Shown here one piece after another: positions 9,475-17,539 of a stretch of 64,000 bases of DNA. The position numbers and the translations under genes are program-made. Origin of the DNA: a virus; the IMG/VR virus record IMGVR_UViG_3300045988_144476. One strand, written 5' to 3'. The stretch's first letter is position 1, and each line of letters opens with the position of its first letter. The notes beneath the pieces were generated by a model that worked only from the letters and a program-made list of their open reading frames with translations, was not told the origin of the DNA and ran no database searches.

Positions 9475-9827
9475 AACCAATCGTAAATCCTTGGATTGTA
9501 TATTTCGCTCATTTATTTAGTAATATTCAAATGCTATTTACAATTCTTTTATTGGCAAGTGTAAGTGTTTTGGTTATCAGTTTTATTTCTGAATTTGATT
9601 TTATAAATTCCGATAAGATAGGTAAATTTATAAAAATATTAGTCATTATTATAAGTGTATCTGGATTGGTATTAACATTTATTCCAGATAAAGAAACCGT
9701 TTATACAATGATCGTATTAGATCAATTGACAGAAGATAATATTAATTCAATAGGGAAAACCGGTAAAGACGTAATTGATTATGTAACAGATAAAATCGAA
9801 GCTTTAGAGGAGAAAGATAATGAATAA
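9471..9827 (+). CDS. Membrane protein (118 aa, 2 TM) between the Prs-like and NAMPT-like genes
   Basis: Start taken at ATG 9471 (overlaps the Prs-like TGA; GGAG 6 nt upstream). Two hydrophobic helices and an acidic tail. Confidence 0.6.
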   Translation: MKPIVNPWIVYFAHLFSNIQMLFTILLLASVSVLVISFISEFDFINSDKIGKFIKILVIIISVSGLVLTFIPDKETVYTMIVLDQLTEDNINSIGKTGKDVIDYVTDKIEALEEKDNE

Positions 9828-11292
9828 TACATTAGCAATTTTATTAAGTGATACTTATAAGCAAGTTCACCATAATATGTTCCCGGAAGGTCTTACAAAA
9901 CTTGTATCTTATTGGACCCCAAGAAGATCTATGTTAAAAGAACAGAATGAGATGGTATTTTTCGGGCTACAGGCATTTATTAAAGAATATCTTATTGGAG
10001 TATTTAATGATAATTTCTTTAATCTTGTATTAGGCGAAGTTGCCGGAAGATATATAGATGCTATGGATACACAATTAAACGCAGATGATTATGATTATAA
10101 TCCAATTATTGAATTATATTCTTTAGGATATCTCCCAATTCAGATTCGTGCTCTACCTGAAGGAACATTAGTACCAATGGGTGTTCCATGTATTGAAATT
10201 ACAAATACTCATCCAGATTTTGCCTGGGTGGTACAGTGGATTGAATGTATCTTACAGGTTGAACTTTGGAAGCCTTGCTGTCATGCAACAATTGGTCATA
10301 TGTACAGAGAGGCTGCAAACTATTGGTATAACAAAACAGTTGAAAATAATGTAAAACCTTCAATGGCAGCCTCTGATTTCGGCATGAGAGGAATGTCATG
10401 TATGACTGAAGCTGAAAGATGTTCTACGGCATGGCTGCTGTCATTTGATAAGACAAGTACTATACCAGCAATTGATTATATCGAAAAATATTATCATTCT
10501 AATTGTAAAAACCTTGGGATTGGACTTGGTGCCGTAAGTACAGAGCATAGTGTAATGGCCTCTAATTTTGCAGTTGATGGCGATGAAATTACTTTTGTAA
10601 AAAAACTTCTGACAGAATTATATCCAGACACTTCATTCAGCATGGTATCTGATACATATGATTATTGGAATATGATTAATAACATTCTTCCTGCTTGCAA
10701 AGAAGAAATCATGAATCATAATGGTAAGCTTCTTGTAAGACCAGATTCTGGAAATATGGTTGAGATTTCGGTAAAAACTATTGAGAAACTTTGGGAGATA
10801 TTTGGTGGTACTACAAATAGTAAAGGCTATAAAGTACTTGATCCTCATATTGGAATTATTTATGGTGATGGCTGCAGTTTAAATAATGTGAATGAAGTTT
10901 GGAGTCAACTTGAGAGTAAGGGTTTTGCTGCAAATAATATTGTATTTGGCGTAGGAGCATTTTGTTTCTCTGCAATTGTCGAAAAAGATGGTCATATGGT
11001 AGTAGTTACTAGAGATACTTTTGGTATTGCAATGAAGGCTACATATGGTGTTGTAAATGGTAAACCAATCATGATTTATAAGGATCCGAAAACAGATACA
11101 TCTCATCTTAAAAAATCTCATAAAGGCTGCTGCCTGGTGTATAAAAGATATAATTATGAGAACAAGTTAGATTGTGATGATGGATATGATGAAATTCAGT
11201 ACGGTGGTATGTTACATACCGTGTATAAAGATGGAGTTCTTATGAAAGATGAGTTCTTTGAAGATATCCGGAACAGATTGAATGAGGTATAA
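9820..11292 (+). CDS. Nicotinamide phosphoribosyltransferase (NAMPT/NadV) homologue; candidate nicotinamide ADPR-transferase (Namat-like)
   Basis: 490 aa. Carries DFGMRGMS, STEHSVM, VRPDSGN, IIYGDG and FGVGAF, in the order seen in NAMPT. GAGGAG RBS. Confidence 0.85.
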   Translation: MNNTLAILLSDTYKQVHHNMFPEGLTKLVSYWTPRRSMLKEQNEMVFFGLQAFIKEYLIGVFNDNFFNLVLGEVAGRYIDAMDTQLNADDYDYNPIIELYSLGYLPIQIRALPEGTLVPMGVPCIEITNTHPDFAWVVQWIECILQVELWKPCCHATIGHMYREAANYWYNKTVENNVKPSMAASDFGMRGMSCMTEAERCSTAWLLSFDKTSTIPAIDYIEKYYHSNCKNLGIGLGAVSTEHSVMASNFAVDGDEITFVKKLLTELYPDTSFSMVSDTYDYWNMINNILPACKEEIMNHNGKLLVRPDSGNMVEISVKTIEKLWEIFGGTTNSKGYKVLDPHIGIIYGDGCSLNNVNEVWSQLESKGFAANNIVFGVGAFCFSAIVEKDGHMVVVTRDTFGIAMKATYGVVNGKPIMIYKDPKTDTSHLKKSHKGCCLVYKRYNYENKLDCDDGYDEIQYGGMLHTVYKDGVLMKDEFFEDIRNRLNEV

Positions 11293-11294
11293 AA

Positions 11295-11555
11295 ATGTTT
11301 GGTAATTTATTCAAATCTGAACAAAAGACATTAATTAAAGAGGAAACATTAAAAGATAAACTATGGAATGATAATGATGTCATTTTATTTATAGCTAAAC
11401 ATAATGCATTATCTTTAAATAAAGATGATTATTCTTTAAATGATTTAAAAAGAATCAAAATAGCTTCTGAAATAGATAATCAAAATAAAATTAATAGACA
11501 TAAATACGAGTTAAATAAAATTTTTGACACATATAAACAAATGGAGGATTTATGA
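11295..11555 (+). CDS. Hypothetical protein (86 aa)
   Basis: ORF in operon, 2 nt after the previous stop. Confidence 0.55.
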   Translation: MFGNLFKSEQKTLIKEETLKDKLWNDNDVILFIAKHNALSLNKDDYSLNDLKRIKIASEIDNQNKINRHKYELNKIFDTYKQMEDL

Positions 11556-11992
11556 GTAAAACAATAATACCAAAAGATGCAGCTTGGTTATTTCAGAATC
11601 CAGAAGATATTGCGAAAACTATGGGTGGTATTCTAAGAAATATCGAAGCACGAGATTCAAGAATCAAATATCTCGAAGAAGAAAATAAAAAGCTTAAAGA
11701 TGAAGCATTTAAAGACGAAGAATTAAAAAGGATGCAAGAAAAACTTAAACGAACTTCTGATGCATTAATGAACAGTTTTCAGATATCAAAAAAAGAATGG
11801 GATAAAATTCATGAATGGAAAAAACAGCATGAAGCGGATGTGCATGGACTACATACTTTAAAAGAAAGAATATCTGCACATGGAGCTGCGGGTGGTGGTT
11901 ATTCATATGAGTTTCATCCAACAAGCATTGTAACCTTTGGAAGTGTTGTATGTGATAGATGTGGAGCAAAATTTCAGTTTCAGGAAGATTAG
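11552..11992 (+). CDS. Hypothetical protein (146 aa) with coiled coil
   Basis: ATGA-coupled. Central K/E coiled coil. C-terminal VCDRCGAKF half zinc-ribbon. Confidence 0.6.
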   Translation: MSKTIIPKDAAWLFQNPEDIAKTMGGILRNIEARDSRIKYLEEENKKLKDEAFKDEELKRMQEKLKRTSDALMNSFQISKKEWDKIHEWKKQHEADVHGLHTLKERISAHGAAGGGYSYEFHPTSIVTFGSVVCDRCGAKFQFQED

Positions 11993-11999
11993 GTGATTT

Positions 12000-12767
12000 A
12001 TGACAATAGAAGAGATTAAAGAAAAAATTAAAACTGATCCAGCGTATGAATTTCTTCGTACAAATTCTCATCTTAGTGATAATATTTGTCTTCTATATTT
12101 AAGTGGCAGCTATGCTTATGGAACAAATGTAGAAGATAGTGATATTGATTTGAGAGGTGTTGCTTTAAATAGCAAAGAGGAAATTCTTCTTGGACAGGAT
12201 TTTAGAAGCATTACAGATGGAAGTACAGATACAACAATTTATTCATTTAAGAAGATGATTAAAATGCTCTGTAGTAATACTCCAACTGCTATTGAGATAT
12301 TTGGTCTTAAGTCGGAGCATATTTTATATGCTAATTCAATAGGAAAAGAATTATTAACTAAACAAGATATGTTTCTTACTAAAAGAGTTGGTCCGGCTTT
12401 TTGTGGATATATCAAAGATAGCTTAAAGCTGCTTGAATCAGAAAAATGTTTGAATGATAAAACTAAGATGGCTAAATATATGGTTCATCCAGTTAGATTA
12501 TTTTGTATGATCATGGATATTTTAGAAAAACAAAAGGTAGTTACATATCGTGAATGTGAACATGAAGAACTTATGGACATCCGTAATGGTAAATGGCTTG
12601 AAGATAATAAGCCTTCTAAACCTTATATGTATTTTATGAATGATTATGACAAAATAATTAAATATCTTCTTCAAGAAAAATATCTTCCTAACGAATTAAA
12701 TCAAGTTGCTATAGATGATTATGTAATATCAGTACATGAGAAAATAGTAAAAGGAGAAATTAAATGA
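12000..12767 (+). CDS. Pol-beta superfamily nucleotidyltransferase (RlaP-like)
   Basis: 255 aa. Carries GS-x9-DxD signature LSGSYAYGTNVEDSDIDLRGV followed by a helical C-terminal domain. Confidence 0.7.
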   Translation: MTIEEIKEKIKTDPAYEFLRTNSHLSDNICLLYLSGSYAYGTNVEDSDIDLRGVALNSKEEILLGQDFRSITDGSTDTTIYSFKKMIKMLCSNTPTAIEIFGLKSEHILYANSIGKELLTKQDMFLTKRVGPAFCGYIKDSLKLLESEKCLNDKTKMAKYMVHPVRLFCMIMDILEKQKVVTYRECEHEELMDIRNGKWLEDNKPSKPYMYFMNDYDKIIKYLLQEKYLPNELNQVAIDDYVISVHEKIVKGEIK

Positions 12768-13288
12768 TCAACATATATAATGGAAGCATTTTAAATGCTA
12801 GAACAGATTTCATTATGCACCAGGTGAATTGTCAAGGTGTAATGGGATCCGGGGTTGCTAAAGTGCTTAGAGATTTTAATGAGGGTATTTACGATCATTA
12901 TAGAGCCAGATATGAATTTCAAAAATTACATAATATTCCTCTACTTGGGAGTAATGATTATTATTGGTTAGAAAATCATAATAATCAACAATGTATTGTC
13001 TCAATGTTTGCTCAGGATAAATATGGCTATGATGGTAAACAGTACACAAATTATGAAGCCTTTAAAACTTGTTTGAGACAATTTAAAGCTGACTGGCCTG
13101 CATGGGTAGAAGATATAGATGCTGATAATAAGAAAATTTTGAGAAGAACAACAGTGTCACTTCCTTATTATATAGGATGTGGCAGAGGCGGTGGTGATTG
13201 GGAGGAAATACTTGAAATAATTACTACTGAACTTGTCGATTATGATATAGAACTGTGGAGGTTAAACGTATATGATATGCGAGGATAA
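12764..13288 (+). CDS. Macro domain protein (ADP-ribose binding/hydrolase)
   Basis: 174 aa. Carries NARTDFIMHQVNCQGVMGSGVA and a second Gly loop YIGCGRGGGDW. ATGA-coupled to the NTase. Confidence 0.8.
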   Translation: MINIYNGSILNARTDFIMHQVNCQGVMGSGVAKVLRDFNEGIYDHYRARYEFQKLHNIPLLGSNDYYWLENHNNQQCIVSMFAQDKYGYDGKQYTNYEAFKTCLRQFKADWPAWVEDIDADNKKILRRTTVSLPYYIGCGRGGGDWEEILEIITTELVDYDIELWRLNVYDMRG

Positions 13289-13649
13289 TATTCTTCTTCC
13301 AGATGAGAGCGATTTAATACGTAGAAATATACAATTATCAGAACGTCTTAATCATGCTTGTGATGAAATTATAAGTCTTCAAAAAGAAAACAAGAGACTT
13401 AAAGAAATTCTTGAACAACTTGATTATAATCATGTTGAGAGAAGAGTTATAGATATAAAGGTTGAATATGATTTTATGGATCCTAAGTTTAAACATATAA
13501 AACTGAAAGATTCTAAAACAATTGAGCAGAATTTATACATAGATTTGTTTAATAGGTTTAATAAAGATGAAGGGTTTAGAAAGCTTACTGTTAAATGTAC
13601 TGATATAACTGATAAATTGGAGAAATTAAATGAAAAAGATAAAGATTAA
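13272..13649 (+). CDS. Hypothetical protein (125 aa)
   Basis: ORF overlapping both neighbours. Has a coiled-coil segment. Confidence 0.55.
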   Translation: MICEDNILLPDESDLIRRNIQLSERLNHACDEIISLQKENKRLKEILEQLDYNHVERRVIDIKVEYDFMDPKFKHIKLKDSKTIEQNLYIDLFNRFNKDEGFRKLTVKCTDITDKLEKLNEKDKD

Positions 13650-14001
13650 ATATTTAATTCTAGTTTTGGCTGTATATATTTTAGCAATATCTTTAACTGG
13701 ATGCAAAAAGTGTGTTGAGAAATTTGATTCTACAGTACAGGTAGAAATTGTAAACGAATATTATAAACCGAAACAAATTAATTATTATATGGATTCAAGA
13801 GGTCGTCTCAAAAGAGAATGGGATTACGCTGAATATGAAATTATAGTCAGATATGATGGAGTTGAATATTCACTTATGGACGAATCTACATATAGAAAAT
13901 ATCATGGCAGAATTGGAGAAAAAGTCCAGGGTATTTTGAGAACTAAGAAATATGATGACGGATCAGTTAAAGAACGGATTATTGGATTAGGAGGAATGTA
14001 A
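13630..14001 (+). CDS. Putative lipoprotein (123 aa)
   Basis: Signal peptide with lipobox LAISLTGC. Confidence 0.65.
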   Translation: MKKIKIKYLILVLAVYILAISLTGCKKCVEKFDSTVQVEIVNEYYKPKQINYYMDSRGRLKREWDYAEYEIIVRYDGVEYSLMDESTYRKYHGRIGEKVQGILRTKKYDDGSVKERIIGLGGM

Positions 14002-14189
14002 TGCGTAATTTTAATTTTAAAATTGTTACAGATATTTCAGTCATTGTATTAAGCATCATAGGTGTAGTTTTCAATTTTGTAAATTGTTTTCTAGGAGGAG
14101 AAAAAGATGCACTTATGATCGCACTTCTTTTTATACTTATTTTAATGGATAATATTGAGCTTTTAATTGTACATATGGAGGATGAATGA
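14001..14189 (+). CDS. Small membrane protein (62 aa)
   Basis: Two hydrophobic helices. Start overlaps the previous stop. Confidence 0.5.
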   Translation: MRNFNFKIVTDISVIVLSIIGVVFNFVNCFLGGEKDALMIALLFILILMDNIELLIVHMEDE

Positions 14190-14464
14190 TGAAAAAAAAT
14201 ACTTTAGAAAATATTGGAGCTATAACGGTTATAGTTAGCTTAATTACATTTTTGGTTATTTTACCGGCACTTACATTTGCTTTTGCTTATGTTGGTGGAA
14301 TGATTATTAATTTCTTTGTTGGTGAAGGATTAGTAAAAGGTTTAAACCTTATGTTTAATACTACTAGATTTACTAGAGAGATGATCCCACTTACATGTGC
14401 AACACTTGCAACTATTGGCAGATATTTTAAATCAAGTACAACAACTAATTCTAAGGAGAAATAA
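14186..14464 (+). CDS. Membrane protein (92 aa)
   Basis: ATGA-coupled. Two TM segments. Confidence 0.55.
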   Translation: MMKKNTLENIGAITVIVSLITFLVILPALTFAFAYVGGMIINFFVGEGLVKGLNLMFNTTRFTREMIPLTCATLATIGRYFKSSTTTNSKEK

Positions 14465-14466
14465 GT

Positions 14467-15264
14467 ATGGATTATTATTTTAATGCTAAAAAAGTAAAAG
14501 ATGATTGTGTACAGTGGATACGAGATTATTTTAAAGAGAATGGTCCAATGTGTAATGCTGTAATTGGAATTTCTGGAGGAAAAGATTCTTCTGTAGTAGC
14601 TGCACTTTGTGTAGAAGCTCTTGGAAAAGATAGAGTAATTGGAATCATGATGCCACAGGGTAAACAGGCTGACATTGGATATTCAGTAATGCTTTGTGAA
14701 TTCCTTGGAATTGATAACTTCTGTCTTAATATTGAAGAAGCTTATAAATCAATTCGAAGTCAGGTTAAAGAGACACTTAATGGACATTTTAGTCAGCAAA
14801 GTGCTATAAATATGCCACCTAGATTAAGGACAGTAGTAGTACGTACATATTGTCAGAATTTAAATGGAAGAATGGCGAATACATCGAATCTTTCAGAAGA
14901 TTATGTAGGTTATTTTACCATTGATGGGGACGATCGTGGAGACTTTGCTCCACTTGCAAATCTTACAGTTGGTGAAGTAAAAGCTATTGGTAGAGAGCTT
15001 GGATTACCAGAAGAATTGATTGAGAAAACACCTATTGACGGGCTTTGCGGTAAGACAGATGAAGAGAATCTTGGATTTACATATGATGTTCTGGATAGAT
15101 ATATTCGTACCAGAGAAATTGATGATTTAGAAGCTAAAAAGAAGATTGATTATCTTCATGAAAAGAATGCTTTTAAATTAAAAGAGATGCCAAAATTTAA
15201 ATATGTTTCTGATGAGTTTACAAAGGCAGTAGAAAAAACAGTCGAAGAATTATTAAGGAGATAA
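14467..15264 (+). CDS. nadE: NH3-dependent NAD+ synthetase
   Basis: 265 aa. PP-loop GISGGKDSSV. Length and overall layout match NadE. Confidence 0.88.
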   Translation: MDYYFNAKKVKDDCVQWIRDYFKENGPMCNAVIGISGGKDSSVVAALCVEALGKDRVIGIMMPQGKQADIGYSVMLCEFLGIDNFCLNIEEAYKSIRSQVKETLNGHFSQQSAINMPPRLRTVVVRTYCQNLNGRMANTSNLSEDYVGYFTIDGDDRGDFAPLANLTVGEVKAIGRELGLPEELIEKTPIDGLCGKTDEENLGFTYDVLDRYIRTREIDDLEAKKKIDYLHEKNAFKLKEMPKFKYVSDEFTKAVEKTVEELLRR

Positions 15265-15366
15265 AATATAATAAATGACAATAAAAATTAAGGAGAATTT
15301 CATTAGATAGTGGCAAATTATCTGATGAAATTGAAATTATAAATTTAAAGAAAGGAAGAAACTAAT

Positions 15367-15861
15367 ATGACATCTAATATTTTAATTACATTTCTGGTGT
15401 CTCTATTAACACTATCTGGTATTAATACTAATACCGCAAATATCAATCAGAAAACTACTGATGCAACTGTAATAAATAAATCAGTAGAAGCAGCCGAAGA
15501 CACTGATTACGAAGAAGATGATGAAGTTAATGATGAAACCGATGATGAAATTGCTGATGAAGATTTAATGAGCATCGAAGAAAAATATGAACATAACAAA
15601 CGCAATTATACTGATGACAGTGGTAACACTTTGGTCTGGTATGACGTTCCGTATTGCGATAATCATGACTTTGAAGTTCTTGGTGATGAAACAGAAACCA
15701 TGTATATTTGTAAAAAATGTGGTTATTCATATTCCGAATTCCATGAAAATAATCAGGACGAATCAGAAGATGAACAGGATAATATGGAAGATGACTTCGA
15801 AGGTTCTGATGATGAAAATGATAACGAAAACGATGTAGAAAATAACGTAGAAAATAACTAA
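15367..15861 (+). CDS. Extremely acidic protein with N-terminal signal/anchor and zinc-ribbon-like core
   Basis: 164 aa. Hydrophobic N-terminus, D/E/N-rich tracts, and CDNH...CKKCG. Confidence 0.6.
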   Translation: MTSNILITFLVSLLTLSGINTNTANINQKTTDATVINKSVEAAEDTDYEEDDEVNDETDDEIADEDLMSIEEKYEHNKRNYTDDSGNTLVWYDVPYCDNHDFEVLGDETETMYICKKCGYSYSEFHENNQDESEDEQDNMEDDFEGSDDENDNENDVENNVENN

Positions 15862-15930
15862 ATATTTGTTTAAATAAGGAGAAAAATCACATTTAATGTT
15901 TGACAAAATAAAGGAGTTTTTCATTAAATA

Positions 15931-16629
15931 ATGCCAAATTATTTAATGAAATATAAGGGAATATATCGGTTAAAAGCACATGTTGATCAGTCTACAAATG
16001 ATTATCCAAGAAATTTAAACGGAATGATTGATAGTGATGATATCTACATAAAATGTGCTTTTAACAGCCAAATTTACTCTTATGGAAGAGGAATTCTGGT
16101 AGCATATATTCCGTCAATTGGCAGAGGCCACAACATATTAAAAGCACTTGGAGAACGCTTATGTGGGTTTGATATTTCAACTATTAAGATTGATTATAAA
16201 CCACTTTATGATGCTCTTATAAGTGAAGGAACAATTAAAAATATCATGGAGAATGATGAAGAAATAGAGTTTAGATTTCATGCTAAGAACATTGATTTGA
16301 TCGCTGAATATCTCAAACCTTTGACTGCAGGAGCATCAATTTCACCATTCTCAACTAAGAACTTACCTAAGTCAGATTACAGTATTCCTGTAGATGAATT
16401 ATCACTATATAAGAATTTAACATATGGTATTCCTAAAGAGGATATAATACTTATCTCACAGATTACAAGACGATTTATTAACGATAAAATTGCTAAAAGT
16501 AAGCAATATAGATCAAAGAATATTCGTTCAGAAATGAGAAAATCAATGCTAAAAGGTAAGGAATTTATTCATTATTCTGGATTCTGGAATCAGTATATTG
16601 AATATCTAAAAAAGGAGTTAAATAAATGA
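15931..16629 (+). CDS. Hypothetical protein (232 aa)
   Basis: ORF with AAAGGAG RBS. No motif recognised. Confidence 0.6.
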   Translation: MPNYLMKYKGIYRLKAHVDQSTNDYPRNLNGMIDSDDIYIKCAFNSQIYSYGRGILVAYIPSIGRGHNILKALGERLCGFDISTIKIDYKPLYDALISEGTIKNIMENDEEIEFRFHAKNIDLIAEYLKPLTAGASISPFSTKNLPKSDYSIPVDELSLYKNLTYGIPKEDIILISQITRRFINDKIAKSKQYRSKNIRSEMRKSMLKGKEFIHYSGFWNQYIEYLKKELNK

Positions 16630-16763
16630 ATAAATATGAATGTATCAATAATATAGCAGCATGGATTTGCACAACAGTTAGTATTCTTTGTGGTCTGTAT
16701 TTAACTAAATCTGCTAATTGTTTATGGGCGTTTTGGATCCCTTTAATTTATACATCAATGTGA
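16626..16763 (+). CDS. Small membrane peptide (45 aa)
   Basis: Below the track cut-off: MNKYECINNIAAWICTTVSILCGLYLTKSANCLWAFWIPLIYTSM. ATGA-coupled to the upstream gene. Confidence 0.4.
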   Translation: MNKYECINNIAAWICTTVSILCGLYLTKSANCLWAFWIPLIYTSM

Positions 16764-16773
16764 GGATAAGTAT

Positions 16774-16923
16774 ATGGCATATGATGATTACAGTTATTGT
16801 GAAGAATGTATGATGTATGGAGATAACATATATATAGATGAATATGGTAATGAATATATCAGATGTTATGATTGCTATGAGAACCCGGATAACTATGATG
16901 ATGGATATTACATAGGTGATTAG
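16774..16923 (+). CDS. Small acidic Cys/Tyr-rich protein (49 aa, CxxC...CxxC)
   Basis: Below the track cut-off: MAYDDYSYCEECMMYGDNIYIDEYGNEYIRCYDCYENPDNYDDGYYIGD. GAGGA lies 7 nt upstream. Confidence 0.45.
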   Translation: MAYDDYSYCEECMMYGDNIYIDEYGNEYIRCYDCYENPDNYDDGYYIGD

Positions 16924-16990
16924 GATGATTAAGATTAGTGATTTGATTATAGATGAAATTATAAGTTTGAAATAAAAGGAGAGATTAAAC

Positions 16991-17503
16991 ATGGCAAGTA
17001 GAGTAGCAAAATTTGAAAAAGTATCAAAAGATAGATTTGTACAGGATTGGCAGCATGAATTTATGGGAAGTGAAGAATGGGCCAGAGTAGTTTATGATCG
17101 TATTAAAATACCACAGAGAGCAACTAAATTCTCTGCTGGATACGATTTCTATTCACCTCTTGATTTTACATTGCAGCCTGGTAATACGATTAAAATCCCT
17201 ACTGGAATTAGATGTGGAATGAATACTGATTGGGTATTAATGATCTATCCAAGAAGTGGACTTGGATCTAAATATCAGTTAGGAATTTGCAATACGATTC
17301 CTGTAATAGATGCCGATTATTACTTCTCAGATAACGAAGGACATATTTTTATTAAGCTTGTGAATCGTGGAGACAAACCAGTACATATTAAAGCTGGAGA
17401 AGCTTTTGCTCAGGGCATTTTTATGCAGTACGGTATTACTGAAGATGATCATGTTGAAGCAGAACGTAATGGTGGATTTGGTAGTACAGATAAGAAAGAA
17501 TAA
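16991..17503 (+). CDS. dut: dUTP diphosphatase (trimeric dUTPase family)
   Basis: 170 aa. Carries AGYDFYS, YPRSGLG and C-terminal RNGGFGSTD. Confidence 0.88.
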   Translation: MASRVAKFEKVSKDRFVQDWQHEFMGSEEWARVVYDRIKIPQRATKFSAGYDFYSPLDFTLQPGNTIKIPTGIRCGMNTDWVLMIYPRSGLGSKYQLGICNTIPVIDADYYFSDNEGHIFIKLVNRGDKPVHIKAGEAFAQGIFMQYGITEDDHVEAERNGGFGSTDKKE

Positions 17504-17539
17504 AATATTACAGATGTCCGATAATAACGAGGTATAAAT

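Noticed and set aside
16714-16992. 92-aa - strand ORF, Ile-rich
   Set aside because: It is a low-complexity translation of AT-rich DNA. The region is better explained by two RBS-preceded + strand micro-ORFs in line with the operon.
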